Source: Gemmatimonadales bacterium (lineage in GTDB: Bacteria > Gemmatimonadota > Gemmatimonadetes > Gemmatimonadales > GWC2-71-9). From it: a DNA stretch of 64,000 nucleotides. The stretch is taken from the NCBI GenBank assembly GCA_041390145.1, contig JAWKQM010000003.1, positions 24,148-88,147 on the forward strand, in the 5' to 3' direction. A model generated the notes under the pieces. That model was given only the letters and a program-made list of their open reading frames with translations. It was not told where the DNA came from and made no database searches. Both the position numbers and the translations under genes were made by a program. Position 1 is the stretch's first letter. Each line of letters starts with the position of its first letter. Below, piece by piece: positions 1-8,696 of the stretch.

Positions 1-834
1 GCGACGTCGAACAACACGGATCGGATCGCCATCCTCGGGAACTCAATCTCGCTCAACATCGGCCTCGGCATCGACCTGAGCAACAACGGGGTGACAACCA
101 ACGACGGCAACAAGCGCAACAACCGCACGAACGACGGCATGGACTATCCGGTTTTTACCTCGGCGTCGGTGAGCGGCGCCCTGCTGACGGTCGCGGGATA
201 TGTCGGCAGCGCGCCTGGGCAGTCCGCGTTCGGCGGCGCGCGGGTGGAGGTGTTCAAGTCGGACAACGATCCCACCGGCTACGGCGAGGGTCCGGTCTAC
301 CTTGGTTTCCTTACCGCCGATGCGAACGGCAACTTCAGCGGCTCTCTCTCCCTGGGAGGTGTGGGCGGCGGCGACCGAGTCACCGGCACCGCCACCGACG
401 CCAACAACAACACCTCGGAGTTCGGCCCGAATTTCCTGGTAAACTCGCCTCCGCCGGTGCTCACACTGACGAACACCGTCTTCCCGAGCGGCGCCCAGCA
501 GCCCGGCACCGACCTGGTGTACACCCTCACCTTTGCCAATACCGGGGGTGCTGCTGCCACGGGGGTGGTGCTCGTTGATTCGCTGACGCCCCGGGTTGAT
601 TTCAAGGTGGGCTCGGTCACGTCCAACCTCGGCACCACTGGCCTCACGGTCACGGTGACGTACTCGAACAACAACGGCGCCACCTTCGCCTACACGCCGG
701 TGAGCGGCGGCGGCGGGGCGCCGGCTGGGTACGACCGCAATGTGACCAATGTACGCTGGGCATTCACAGGAAGTTTGAGCGCCACGCCGCCCAACCACGC
801 TGGGAGCGTGGGGCTTGCGGGGCGCATCCGCTAG
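1..834 (+). CDS. C-terminal part of a large secreted/surface protein: beta-helix-like repeats followed by a DUF11 ('conserved repeat') domain. The 5' end lies outside the window.
   Basis: Frame 1 is open from base 1 (ORF track starts at 91). 'ILGNSISLNIGLGIDLSNNG' repeats are followed by 'LVYTLTFANTGGAAATGVVLVDSLTPRVDF...TVTVTYSNNNG'. Stop TAG at 832-834. Confidence 0.6.
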   Translation, partial: ATSNNTDRIAILGNSISLNIGLGIDLSNNGVTTNDGNKRNNRTNDGMDYPVFTSASVSGALLTVAGYVGSAPGQSAFGGARVEVFKSDNDPTGYGEGPVYLGFLTADANGNFSGSLSLGGVGGGDRVTGTATDANNNTSEFGPNFLVNSPPPVLTLTNTVFPSGAQQPGTDLVYTLTFANTGGAAATGVVLVDSLTPRVDFKVGSVTSNLGTTGLTVTVTYSNNNGATFAYTPVSGGGGAPAGYDRNVTNVRWAFTGSLSATPPNHAGSVGLAGRIR

Positions 835-851
835 CGCCCTCTCCGGCGCTA
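832..851. terminator. Inverted repeat TAGCGCC-N6-GGCGCTA that contains both convergent stop codons; possible shared stem-loop.
   Basis: A perfect 7-bp stem read directly from the sequence. There is no U-tract, so terminator function is speculative. Confidence 0.2.
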
Positions 852-1832
852 GAGGGCGAACACCATCCCCTCGCGCGCAATCGTGAACCCCCGCCGCACA
901 ATTTCCGTCTGTTGAGCCCCACCCTCGTCGAGGGCGGGGTTGGAGTTGTTGAGGTGGGTCAGCACGATCTGCGTTTCACCCTGGTCTGCCACCGCCTGCA
1001 GCGCGTCCATCGTCTGTGTCATCAGCGGATGCGGCACCTCCTCCACCGTCCGCCCAGGCAGTTCATCCATCGACCAGAACGAGCCATCCAGCAGCGCCAC
1101 ATTTACGCCCGCCACCGCCTCGGCGATGCTCCGTTTCCAGAGTGACCACGAGTTGATATCGGGAATGAAGAGGAGCGTCGCGTCTGGCCCGCGGAACAGG
1201 AACCCGACCGTGTCCGCCTGTTCGTCCCGGTGCGGAACCTTCCAGAGCTGGACTTCGAGGAGCGGATCGATGCGATGCCATCGGTCGAGCGACAGGGGCC
1301 GCAGGTCGATGCGACCCTGCTCGACCAGGAATCGCCAGGGATAGTTGCCGGCCAGGAAGTCGGCCATGGCCTGCGTGCAGTAGACCGGCGTCTTCTGCAT
1401 TCCCATCCCCTCGTTGCCCAGCACGGCAAGGCCGGCGTAGTGGCCGATGTGGGCATGGGTGAGGAAGATGCCGTCGAATGGGCGGCGTGCGGCAGCCCGT
1501 TGACGAAACGCCGGCTCGGTGATCAGGTCGATCTGCCGAGTGATGTCGGGAGTCGCGTCCACCAGGTAGAACCGCTCTGCCTCCGGCTCCACCAGGGCGA
1601 GGGACGAGACGAATCGTCCATGACCTGCCGCCTGGAGGGCGCGTCCCTCGTTGCAGCGGTCGGTATAGCAGCCGACCTGGGGGAAGCCGGCGTCCTGCAC
1701 CGAGCCAAGGACGAGGGCGTACAGGTCTGCGCCGGCGGGCCGGGAGATTGGTGGCCAGCCCGACGTCAGCCAGGACCGTGGCACCATTCCACTGGCGGCG
1801 AGGGCGGAGAGGAAGTGACGTCGGTTCATCAT
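849..1832 (-). CDS. PqqB-like MBL-fold protein with a twin-arginine (Tat) type signal peptide.
   Basis: ORF 849..1958 trimmed to the ATG at 1832, giving 'MMNRRHFLSALAASG'. 'LGSVQDAGFPQVGCYTDRCNEG' and 'FLTHAHIGHYAGL' resemble PqqB/metallo-beta-lactamase motifs. Confidence 0.7.
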   Translation of the reverse strand: MMNRRHFLSALAASGMVPRSWLTSGWPPISRPAGADLYALVLGSVQDAGFPQVGCYTDRCNEGRALQAAGHGRFVSSLALVEPEAERFYLVDATPDITRQIDLITEPAFRQRAAARRPFDGIFLTHAHIGHYAGLAVLGNEGMGMQKTPVYCTQAMADFLAGNYPWRFLVEQGRIDLRPLSLDRWHRIDPLLEVQLWKVPHRDEQADTVGFLFRGPDATLLFIPDINSWSLWKRSIAEAVAGVNVALLDGSFWSMDELPGRTVEEVPHPLMTQTMDALQAVADQGETQIVLTHLNNSNPALDEGGAQQTEIVRRGFTIAREGMVFAL

Positions 1833-1976
1833 GGAATGCGCTGCCCCCTCGTGGCCTGATCGCCTGATGCACCATCCAAGATGGAGCGTGGAGAGTGTCG
1901 ACGCCACCCGCCACGCTGTAGCCGGAACCGATGGCCGCATGGCTCCGTAGGGAAGCAATCACCAAGGAGAGTATTG

Positions 1977-3224
1977 ATGATGCTGTGGAACCGGAGCGCC
2001 CGGACCGTTGTGCTGTGCCTCCTGGCGGGCACCCCCCTCCAGGCGCAGCGCGCCATCCCGCCCGACACCCTGTTCACGGTGTTCGACGGCGACACCATTC
2101 CCGACATGGGGGCGGTCGGCGGCGTCGCCGTCGACAAGCTGGGTTACGTCTATGTGGCGGACTTCCGCAACCAGCTTTGGCGCTACACGCCCGGGGGCTC
2201 GGTCGAGCGGTATGCGGACGGGTTCTACGGCTCGTCCGGGAACGCCGTCGGTCCGCGGGGCGAGGTCTACCAGTCCAGCTTCCACGGGAACTACATCACG
2301 CGGGTCAACCGCGACGGCAGCACGGAGCTGTGGGCCGACCGGGGGCTCGACGGCCCCGTGGGGATCGCGGTGGGGGAGGGCGGGGAACTCTACGTCGTCA
2401 ATTGCCGCGGTGGCTTCGTTTCCGTGGTGCGACCCGACCACGAAGTCACGCGCCTGGTCGACGGGCCGCTCTTTGCATGCCCGAACGGGATTACACGGGA
2501 CGACCAGGGCGATTTCTTCGTGGTGAACTTCTCGAATACGACGATCGTGCGGGTTACCCCCGGGGGCATGGCCAGCGTCTTCGCCGACGTGCCGGGCGCT
2601 GGGGGCAACGGCCACATCGTGTATGCCCGCGGCGGGTTCTATGTCACCAAGCTCCGCGGCCACCAGGTATTTCGCGTGGAGCGGGACGGGACCGTCTCGG
2701 TCGTGGCGGGAACCGGGGTGCAAGGGCAGTCCGACGGGCCTGCCACGACGGCGTTGATGAGTCAGCCGAATGGAATCGCCGTGTCGCCCTCCGGGCAGGA
2801 GTTGTGGGTGAACGAGCTGGTGTCGGGCGGCGGCGTCACGGGCGGCGCCGCCCGGTCGGTGCTGCGGCGAATCCGGCTGGTGTCGATGACCGACGTGCTG
2901 TCGACGACCACCGCGGGGGACGGGAGCGTGGAAGCCGCCTACCTGGCCTATCGGACGGCGCGGCCCAACGAGGAGACCTCGGCGAGCGCCATTGCGGTTG
3001 GGTACCAGTTCCTGCAGACGGGGCGAATCCAGGACGCCCTCGCGGTGTTTCGCCTGAACGCCACGGACTTCCCTGACGACCCCACGAGCCAGTACCAGCT
3101 TGGCGAGGCGTACCGGTTTACCGGCCAGCCGGAGCAGGCTGCGGCTCAGTACAGGACCACCCTGCGACTCGATCCGAACTATCCGCAGGCGGCCGCCCGA
3201 CTGAAGGCGGTCGGCGGGGAGTGA
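1977..3224 (+). CDS. Secreted NHL/SMP-30-like beta-propeller protein with C-terminal TPR repeats.
   Basis: ATG at 1977 is preceded by AAGGAGA (1964-1970). Signal-like 'MMLWNRSARTVVLCLLAGTPLQAQ'. Repeated 'GPVGIAVGEGGELYVVN'-type blades. TPR-like 'QYQLGEAYRFTGQPEQAAAQYRTTLRLDPNYPQA'. Confidence 0.7.
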   Translation: MMLWNRSARTVVLCLLAGTPLQAQRAIPPDTLFTVFDGDTIPDMGAVGGVAVDKLGYVYVADFRNQLWRYTPGGSVERYADGFYGSSGNAVGPRGEVYQSSFHGNYITRVNRDGSTELWADRGLDGPVGIAVGEGGELYVVNCRGGFVSVVRPDHEVTRLVDGPLFACPNGITRDDQGDFFVVNFSNTTIVRVTPGGMASVFADVPGAGGNGHIVYARGGFYVTKLRGHQVFRVERDGTVSVVAGTGVQGQSDGPATTALMSQPNGIAVSPSGQELWVNELVSGGGVTGGAARSVLRRIRLVSMTDVLSTTTAGDGSVEAAYLAYRTARPNEETSASAIAVGYQFLQTGRIQDALAVFRLNATDFPDDPTSQYQLGEAYRFTGQPEQAAAQYRTTLRLDPNYPQAAARLKAVGGE

Positions 3225-3237
3225 CGGAATCGAGGCG

Positions 3238-3573
3238 CTAGATGGGCCTGGTGGACCGGGGGTCGAACGACAGCAGCGCTGCCAGGACCAGTGCAGCCAC
3301 CAGTCCCCATTCCAGCCCCGCGGGATGCGCGCCGACGACCCAGCATGTGAGGAGCATCCCGACATTCGCGATGATCGCGGCCACCCACAGCCCGCGCGCC
3401 TTCATGCCGTACCAGTAGTTGAGAATGTTGATGGCCCCGAGGTACACGAAGACCAGTCCGACGATGACGCCGATCTCGTCCATCCAGGGCGTCACTTCGA
3501 TGAAGGTGTTGGCGATGAAGTAGGCGCCCGTCAGCGCGATCGCGCTGCCGGCAATCAGGTAGAGGTACCGCAT
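3238..3573 (-). CDS. Small integral membrane protein (about 111 aa), function unknown.
   Basis: ORF 3238..3825 trimmed to the ATG at 3573 ('MRYLYLIAGSAIALTG...'). Several hydrophobic spans. The upstream ORF extension is Pro/Ala/Arg junk. Confidence 0.55.
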   Translation of the reverse strand: MRYLYLIAGSAIALTGAYFIANTFIEVTPWMDEIGVIVGLVFVYLGAINILNYWYGMKARGLWVAAIIANVGMLLTCWVVGAHPAGLEWGLVAALVLAALLSFDPRSTRPI

Positions 3574-3939
3574 CAGGCCTCCGTCGCGAGTGCGCTCGGA
3601 ATGGGGGGGGAGAACGGCTCTCCACGCAATCTGGAGGCCGTCCCCGTGTCTCTGCTGATGGAACGGTGCAACAGGGCGATGCAAGGCAAGACAGAGAAGG
3701 CGTTTGCGGCCGGCAGCTCCCGCTGCCGGGGCGGCGGTCGCGGAGGGGCGCGCGTGGGGGTACGGTGCCGCTGACGGGCGTTTTGGGGGCCGCAGGGGGA
3801 TTCTGCCGCAGTCCCTCCAGCCCACAGGAGGCGGTCCCCGTGGTTAGGATTCGAATGAGCGGACCGTCGGCCGAACTCGCGCAGCGAGGTGATTGCGCGG
3901 CGCGTCGTCGTCCGCAGGCCTGAAGGGAGGGTGCGCCGC

Positions 3940-5355
3940 ATGATCGCCAGTACCTCGATTCCCCCGATCATCCAGGGTGGCATGGGCGTCGGCATTTCCG
4001 ACTGGCGCCTGGCGCGGGCGGTGGCCGAGCGGGGGCAGCTGGGCGTGGTGTCTGGCACCGCCATCGATACGGTGCTGGTGCGCCGACTGCAGGACGGCGA
4101 TCCTGACGGCCATATGCGACGTGCCATGGCTGCCTTCCCGATACCCGACGTGGCTGCGGAGGTGGAACGGCGCTACTTCCTCCCTGAGGGCCGTGAGCCC
4201 GGCGCACCGTACAAGCTTCTTTCCATGGACAAGCAGGTGGCGAGCACGGCACGGCAACTGGTCGTCGTCCTGGCCTCGTTTGTCGAGGTCTATCTCGCGA
4301 AGGAGGGCCACGAGGGGATGGTGGGGATGAATCTCCTCACCAAGATCCAGAGCCCGACCCTGGGGGCGCTCTACGGCGCCATGCTGGCCGGGGTCGACGT
4401 GATCCTCATGGGTGCTGGCATTCCCCGGGAAATTCCCGCCGCGCTGGACCGCCTCGCCGAGCATGAACCTGCAAAGCTGCGCTTCGAGGTGGAGGGGCTT
4501 CCCGCGGGCCAGGAGGAATCCCTCACGTTCGACCCCGCGGCCCTCTGGGCCACGACCCCGCCGGTGCTCCGACGGCCCCAGTTCCTGGCCATCATCGCCA
4601 GCAATTCACTGGCAACGGTCCTGGCCCGGAAGGCCAGTGGCAAGGTGAACGGGTTCATCATCGAGGGGCCAACCGCCGGTGGCCACAACGCCCCGCCGCG
4701 TGGTGCGCCGACGTTCAACGAGCGTGGTGAGCCGGTGTACGGCGCGCGGGATGAGGTGGATCTTGCGAAAGTGGCGGAGCTGGGCTTGCCCTTCTGGCTG
4801 GCCGGCGGCACGGGTCGGCGCGGAAGCCTGGGGGAGGCGCTGGCCGCCGGGGCCAATGGCGTCCAGGTGGGGACCTTGTTCGCGTATTGCGATGAGTCGG
4901 GGCTGGCCGACGAACTGAAGTATGGGGTGCTCTCCCATGTCGAGTCGGGCGAGGTCACGGTAACGACCGACCCGCGAGCGTCCCCGACCGGGTTTCCATT
5001 CAAGGTGGTGACCTGGCCCGGGGCCTCCGGAGCCGGCGGGGGACGCGAGCGGATCTGCGACCTTGGGGTGCTCCGGGTGCCGTATCACACGCCGGAAGGC
5101 AAGATCGGGTATCGGTGTGCGGCCGAACCGGTCGATGCCTACGTCAAGAAGGGCGGCAAGGCCGAAGACACCGAGGGCCGCCGGTGCCTTTGCAACGGAC
5201 TCATGGCCGACCTCGGGCTGGGGCAGACCCGCGCGAATGACACAGTCGAGCCCCCTCTCGTCACCAGCGGCGACGACCTCCAGGCCATCGGTGCATTCCT
5301 GGCGGGACGGAGCCACTACAGCGCGGGGGACGTGCTCGACTACCTGTCCGCCTAG
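3940..5355 (+). CDS. Nitronate monooxygenase / NAD(P)H-dependent flavin oxidoreductase family protein (long form).
   Basis: ATG at 3940 follows GAAGGGAGGG. 'IIQGGMGVGISDWRLARAVAERGQLGVVSGTA' and 'GFIIEGPTAGGHN' are typical of the 2-nitropropane dioxygenase fold. Confidence 0.75.
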   Translation: MIASTSIPPIIQGGMGVGISDWRLARAVAERGQLGVVSGTAIDTVLVRRLQDGDPDGHMRRAMAAFPIPDVAAEVERRYFLPEGREPGAPYKLLSMDKQVASTARQLVVVLASFVEVYLAKEGHEGMVGMNLLTKIQSPTLGALYGAMLAGVDVILMGAGIPREIPAALDRLAEHEPAKLRFEVEGLPAGQEESLTFDPAALWATTPPVLRRPQFLAIIASNSLATVLARKASGKVNGFIIEGPTAGGHNAPPRGAPTFNERGEPVYGARDEVDLAKVAELGLPFWLAGGTGRRGSLGEALAAGANGVQVGTLFAYCDESGLADELKYGVLSHVESGEVTVTTDPRASPTGFPFKVVTWPGASGAGGGRERICDLGVLRVPYHTPEGKIGYRCAAEPVDAYVKKGGKAEDTEGRRCLCNGLMADLGLGQTRANDTVEPPLVTSGDDLQAIGAFLAGRSHYSAGDVLDYLSA

Positions 5356-5417
5356 CTCGAACGAACCAAGTCTGGCGCAGGCAGGTGGCGTCTGCGGTAT
5401 TTTGGTCGGCATCTTGT

Positions 5418-5433
5418 ATGTGATGTGATACAT
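5418..5433. promoter_or_regulatory. ATGT-N8-ACAT dyad (candidate PadR-type operator) inside an AT-rich island.
   Basis: Read directly: ATGT GATGTGAT ACAT. It overlaps TGATGT-N3-ACATCA (5421-5435). Hand count of 5411-5480 is 24/70 G+C. The ATGT-8N-ACAT dyad is the operator type described for PadR regulators. Confidence 0.35.
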
Positions 5434-5553
5434 CATGTTATAGACTGCAATCCATGCTATAGCAACGGATTATGTAGTTATACACAGGCGTGCCATACTG
5501 GCTGGACGGCCTCGCTGTCCCGGGGGTTCGCTTCCCTCAATGGTTCAGGGGGA

Positions 5554-5581
5554 TTGACACGATCCTGCGCCGTGCTATCTT
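5554..5581 (+). promoter_or_regulatory. Candidate sigma70-type promoter for the PadR-ADOP module (TTGACA-16 nt-TATCTT).
   Basis: TTGACA at 5554-5559 and TATCTT at 5576-5581, about 27 nt upstream of the PadR ATG. Confidence 0.35.
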
Positions 5582-5602
5582 CCCCTTAATTATTCAGGGG
5601 AA
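5580..5602 (+). promoter_or_regulatory. Perfect 7-bp inverted repeat TTCCCCT-N9-AGGGGAA; the 3' arm is the PadR Shine-Dalgarno sequence.
   Basis: Read directly. AGGGGAA ends 5 nt before the ATG at 5608. An analogous repeat lies before the second PadR gene (21952-21978). Confidence 0.4.
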
Positions 5603-5607
5603 ACAAA

Positions 5608-5934
5608 ATGGCCGACCTCGACCTGCTGCAGGGCACCCTCGACCTGATCATTCTGAAGGCGCTCATTTGGGGCCCCTCTCACGGCTATTCCATCGCGCGA
5701 TGGGTTGCCGAGACCACGGAGGGGGATCTCCAGGTCGAGGAGGGTGCACTCTACACGGGCCTGCACCGGATGGAGCGGCGCGGCTGGATCGCCGCCGAGT
5801 GGGGGCTGTCGGAGAACAACAGGAAGGCCAAGTTTTACAGCCTGACCCCGGTTGGCCGGCGCCAGCTGCACGACAAGACCGCCGAATGGAACCGCTACAC
5901 CCGTGCCCTCTCGCGTGTTCTGCAGACCGCCTGA
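5608..5934 (+). CDS. PadR-family transcriptional regulator (the acidobacterial type that pairs with ADOP permeases).
   Basis: 'LLQGTLDLIILKALIWGPSHGYSIARWV...EGALYTGLHRMERRGWIAAEWGLSENNRKAKFYSLT' is a winged-HTH PadR signature. Confidence 0.9.
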   Translation: MADLDLLQGTLDLIILKALIWGPSHGYSIARWVAETTEGDLQVEEGALYTGLHRMERRGWIAAEWGLSENNRKAKFYSLTPVGRRQLHDKTAEWNRYTRALSRVLQTA

Positions 5935-5949
5935 GGACGGACGCCTATC

Positions 5950-8661
5950 ATGCATCCCCGCTTCCGCCGCCTCTTCCGCATCGATCGCGGTGCCGTGGAC
6001 GTTCCCGCGGCCATCGCGGACGAGCTCGACTTCCACTTCGCCGCCACCATCGACGAGCTCACCTCCCAGGGCTGGACCACCGAGCGGGCAACGGCGGAGG
6101 CCCATCGTCGGTTCGGCGACTTCGACCGCACCCGCCGTGACTTGCAGGCGATCGACCGGGGCCGGGTCAGCCGGGAGCGGCGCGTCCGGTGGTGGAACGG
6201 CATAGCCCAGGACACCCGCTACGCGCTGCGCGGGCTTCGGCTCTCCCCCGGCTTCACGCTCGGAGTGATGCTCACGCTGGGCCTGGGGATCGGCGCCAAC
6301 GCGATGATGTTCGGGATCGTTGACCCGATGCTCTTCCGGACGCCCGACTACCTCGCCACGCCGGCGAACGCCAACCGGATCTACGTCCGGTCGGCCTATC
6401 AGGGGAGGACGTTCTATCGCGGGTCGCTCTCCTACGGCCTGCTGCAGGATATCTCGCGCGACACGCACAGCTTCTCACAGATCGTCGGATACTGGTCCTC
6501 CAAGCTGGCGGTTGGCGATGCCGACGCGGTGGAGGAACGGGTCTCCGGCGTCAGCGCCTCCTTCTGGCAGATGTTTCCTGTCCGGCCCGAGCTCGGCCGG
6601 CTCTTCTCCGAGGCGGAGGACCGGTATCCCGTCGGCGATCCGGTGATCGTGCTGAGCTGGCCCTACTGGCAGTCCCATTTCGGCGGCCAGCGGGATGTCC
6701 TGGGCAGCCATCTCAGGATCGGCCGGTTCGACTATACGGTCATCGGCGTCGCGCCCCGTGACCTGCTCGGCCTCGAGCGTCGCCGGACGATCGGTTTTGT
6801 CCCGCTGACCAGCCTCGCGGCCAATTCCTTTCCGGCTCGACGTTCCGGCATTCCCTACGACGGCTACAACATGAGCTGGTTGCAGGTGGCGGTCGAACGA
6901 CGGGCCGGAGTGGACCTGGCCGTGGCCGCCGCCGACCTGCAGGATGCCGTCCTGCGCTCCTACCAGCGACGCCACGAACTCGAGCCGCAAAGTGCTCCCG
7001 TGTCCGAGCTCAAGCCGCAGGGCATTCTCGCCCCGATCCAGGAAGAAGCGGGCCCGAATCGCTCGGCCGTCACCAGGGTCGGCACCTGGCTCGCCGGTGT
7101 CGCCCTGCTGGTGCTCCTGATCGCCTGCGCCAACGTCGGCAACCTGCTGCTCGCCCGCGCGCTCCGACGCCGTCGGGAGATTGCCCTGCGTCTGGCGCTC
7201 GGCGTGTCGCGCGGCCGGCTGCTCCGGCAGTTGCTTACCGAGAGCCTCCTCCTGGCCATGCTCGGGGGTGCGCTGGCCATTGGCATGGCCAGCGTCGGCG
7301 GCGGCCTCCTTCGGCGCACAATGCTGCCCGGCTCCGAGGGACTTGGCACGCTGAGCGACCCGCGGACGCTGGTGTTCTCGGCGGTCGTGGCGGTGCTGGC
7401 GGCGGTGCTCTGCGGCCTGGCGCCGGCGGCACAGCTGCTCCGTTCGGACCTCGCCAGCGCGCTCAAGGGGAGCAGCCGGGAGGGGAGCTACCAGCGGTCA
7501 CGCGTGCGGATCACCCTGCTGGTGCTGCAAGGCGCGCTGTCCGTGGTGCTGCTGGTCGGCGCGGGGTTGTTCGTTGCCTCGCTGCGGGCGGTCCGGGCCG
7601 ATCCACTGGGGTACGACGCCGATCGCGTGGTGTACGTGGAGTCGGTCTATCGCGGCGAGACGCTGACCCGCGACGCGATGGACCAGCTGCAACAGCGGCT
7701 GGTGACGCGGGCCGGTGCGCTCCCGGGGGTCGAGGCCGCCGCCCGGACTGCCACCGTGCCGTTCTACATGGATTGGGGGGAGGACATCTTCGTGCCGGGG
7801 GTGGATTCCGCCAGCAACCGGGGCGATTTCATCTTCCAGGCGGTCAGCGGCGACTACTTCCAGGCGATGGGGACGCGCATTCTGCAGGGGCGGGGCATCA
7901 CCAACGAGGACCGCGCGGGCTCGAGACCGGTCATCGTGGTGAGCGAATCGATGGCCGCCCTCCTCTGGCCCGGTCAGAATCCGCTGGAGAAGTGCGTCCG
8001 CGTGCGCAGTGAATCCGCGCCATGTCAGGACGTCATCGGGGTGGCCGAGGACATCAAGCGTGGATCCCTGCGGGAGGATCCGGGGCTGATGTACTACGTT
8101 CCGCTCGAACAGGTGCCGACGCCCACCAACGGAATCTTCGTCCGGACCACCGCTCCCGCGTCCGTTGCCGCGGCGGAGGTGCGCCGCCAGTTGCAGGCTG
8201 AAATGCCGGGCACCGCGTACCTCACGGCCGTTCCCCTGAGCGACCTCGTCGCGCCGGAAATGCGGTCCTGGCAGCTGGGGGCCACGCTGTTCACGGTGTT
8301 CGGCGGGCTGGCATTGCTCGTGGCCAGCATCGGCCTCTATAGCGTGGTGGCGTTCACTGTGGCGCAGCGGCGGCAGGAGATGGGAATCCGCGTGGCGCTG
8401 GGCGCGACGACCGGCGGCGTGGTGCGGATGGTGGTCGGCGACGCCGTCCGTGTCATGGGGCTGGCGGTCGGTCTCGGACTGGCAGCCTCACTCGCGGCCG
8501 CACGCTGGGTGGAGCCGATGCTCTTCCGGACGTCGCCTGGCGATCCGGTCATTCTCGGCGGCGTCGCGACGACCCTGCTCATCGTCGGCGTGGTCGCATC
8601 ACTCGCCCCGGCGTGGCGCGCAGCACAGACCGACCCGGTGGCCGCGCTCAAGAGCGAGTAG
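5950..8661 (+). CDS. ADOP-family duplicated FtsX/MacB-like permease without an ATPase domain.
   Basis: 903 aa. N-terminal 'ELDFHFAATIDELTSQGWTTERATAEAHRRFGDFD'. Two MacB-periplasmic plus FtsX-like 4-TM halves. Lies directly after PadR. Confidence 0.85.
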   Translation: MHPRFRRLFRIDRGAVDVPAAIADELDFHFAATIDELTSQGWTTERATAEAHRRFGDFDRTRRDLQAIDRGRVSRERRVRWWNGIAQDTRYALRGLRLSPGFTLGVMLTLGLGIGANAMMFGIVDPMLFRTPDYLATPANANRIYVRSAYQGRTFYRGSLSYGLLQDISRDTHSFSQIVGYWSSKLAVGDADAVEERVSGVSASFWQMFPVRPELGRLFSEAEDRYPVGDPVIVLSWPYWQSHFGGQRDVLGSHLRIGRFDYTVIGVAPRDLLGLERRRTIGFVPLTSLAANSFPARRSGIPYDGYNMSWLQVAVERRAGVDLAVAAADLQDAVLRSYQRRHELEPQSAPVSELKPQGILAPIQEEAGPNRSAVTRVGTWLAGVALLVLLIACANVGNLLLARALRRRREIALRLALGVSRGRLLRQLLTESLLLAMLGGALAIGMASVGGGLLRRTMLPGSEGLGTLSDPRTLVFSAVVAVLAAVLCGLAPAAQLLRSDLASALKGSSREGSYQRSRVRITLLVLQGALSVVLLVGAGLFVASLRAVRADPLGYDADRVVYVESVYRGETLTRDAMDQLQQRLVTRAGALPGVEAAARTATVPFYMDWGEDIFVPGVDSASNRGDFIFQAVSGDYFQAMGTRILQGRGITNEDRAGSRPVIVVSESMAALLWPGQNPLEKCVRVRSESAPCQDVIGVAEDIKRGSLREDPGLMYYVPLEQVPTPTNGIFVRTTAPASVAAAEVRRQLQAEMPGTAYLTAVPLSDLVAPEMRSWQLGATLFTVFGGLALLVASIGLYSVVAFTVAQRRQEMGIRVALGATTGGVVRMVVGDAVRVMGLAVGLGLAASLAAARWVEPMLFRTSPGDPVILGGVATTLLIVGVVASLAPAWRAAQTDPVAALKSE

Positions 8662-8696
8662 GGGATTCATCTGCTCCAGCGGGGACCGTGCCGGGG

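Noticed and set aside
5490-6140. 216-aa plus-strand ORF that overlaps the PadR gene in another frame.
   Set aside because: The PadR frame has a clear family signature and an SD. This frame is Arg/Pro/Gly-rich junk.
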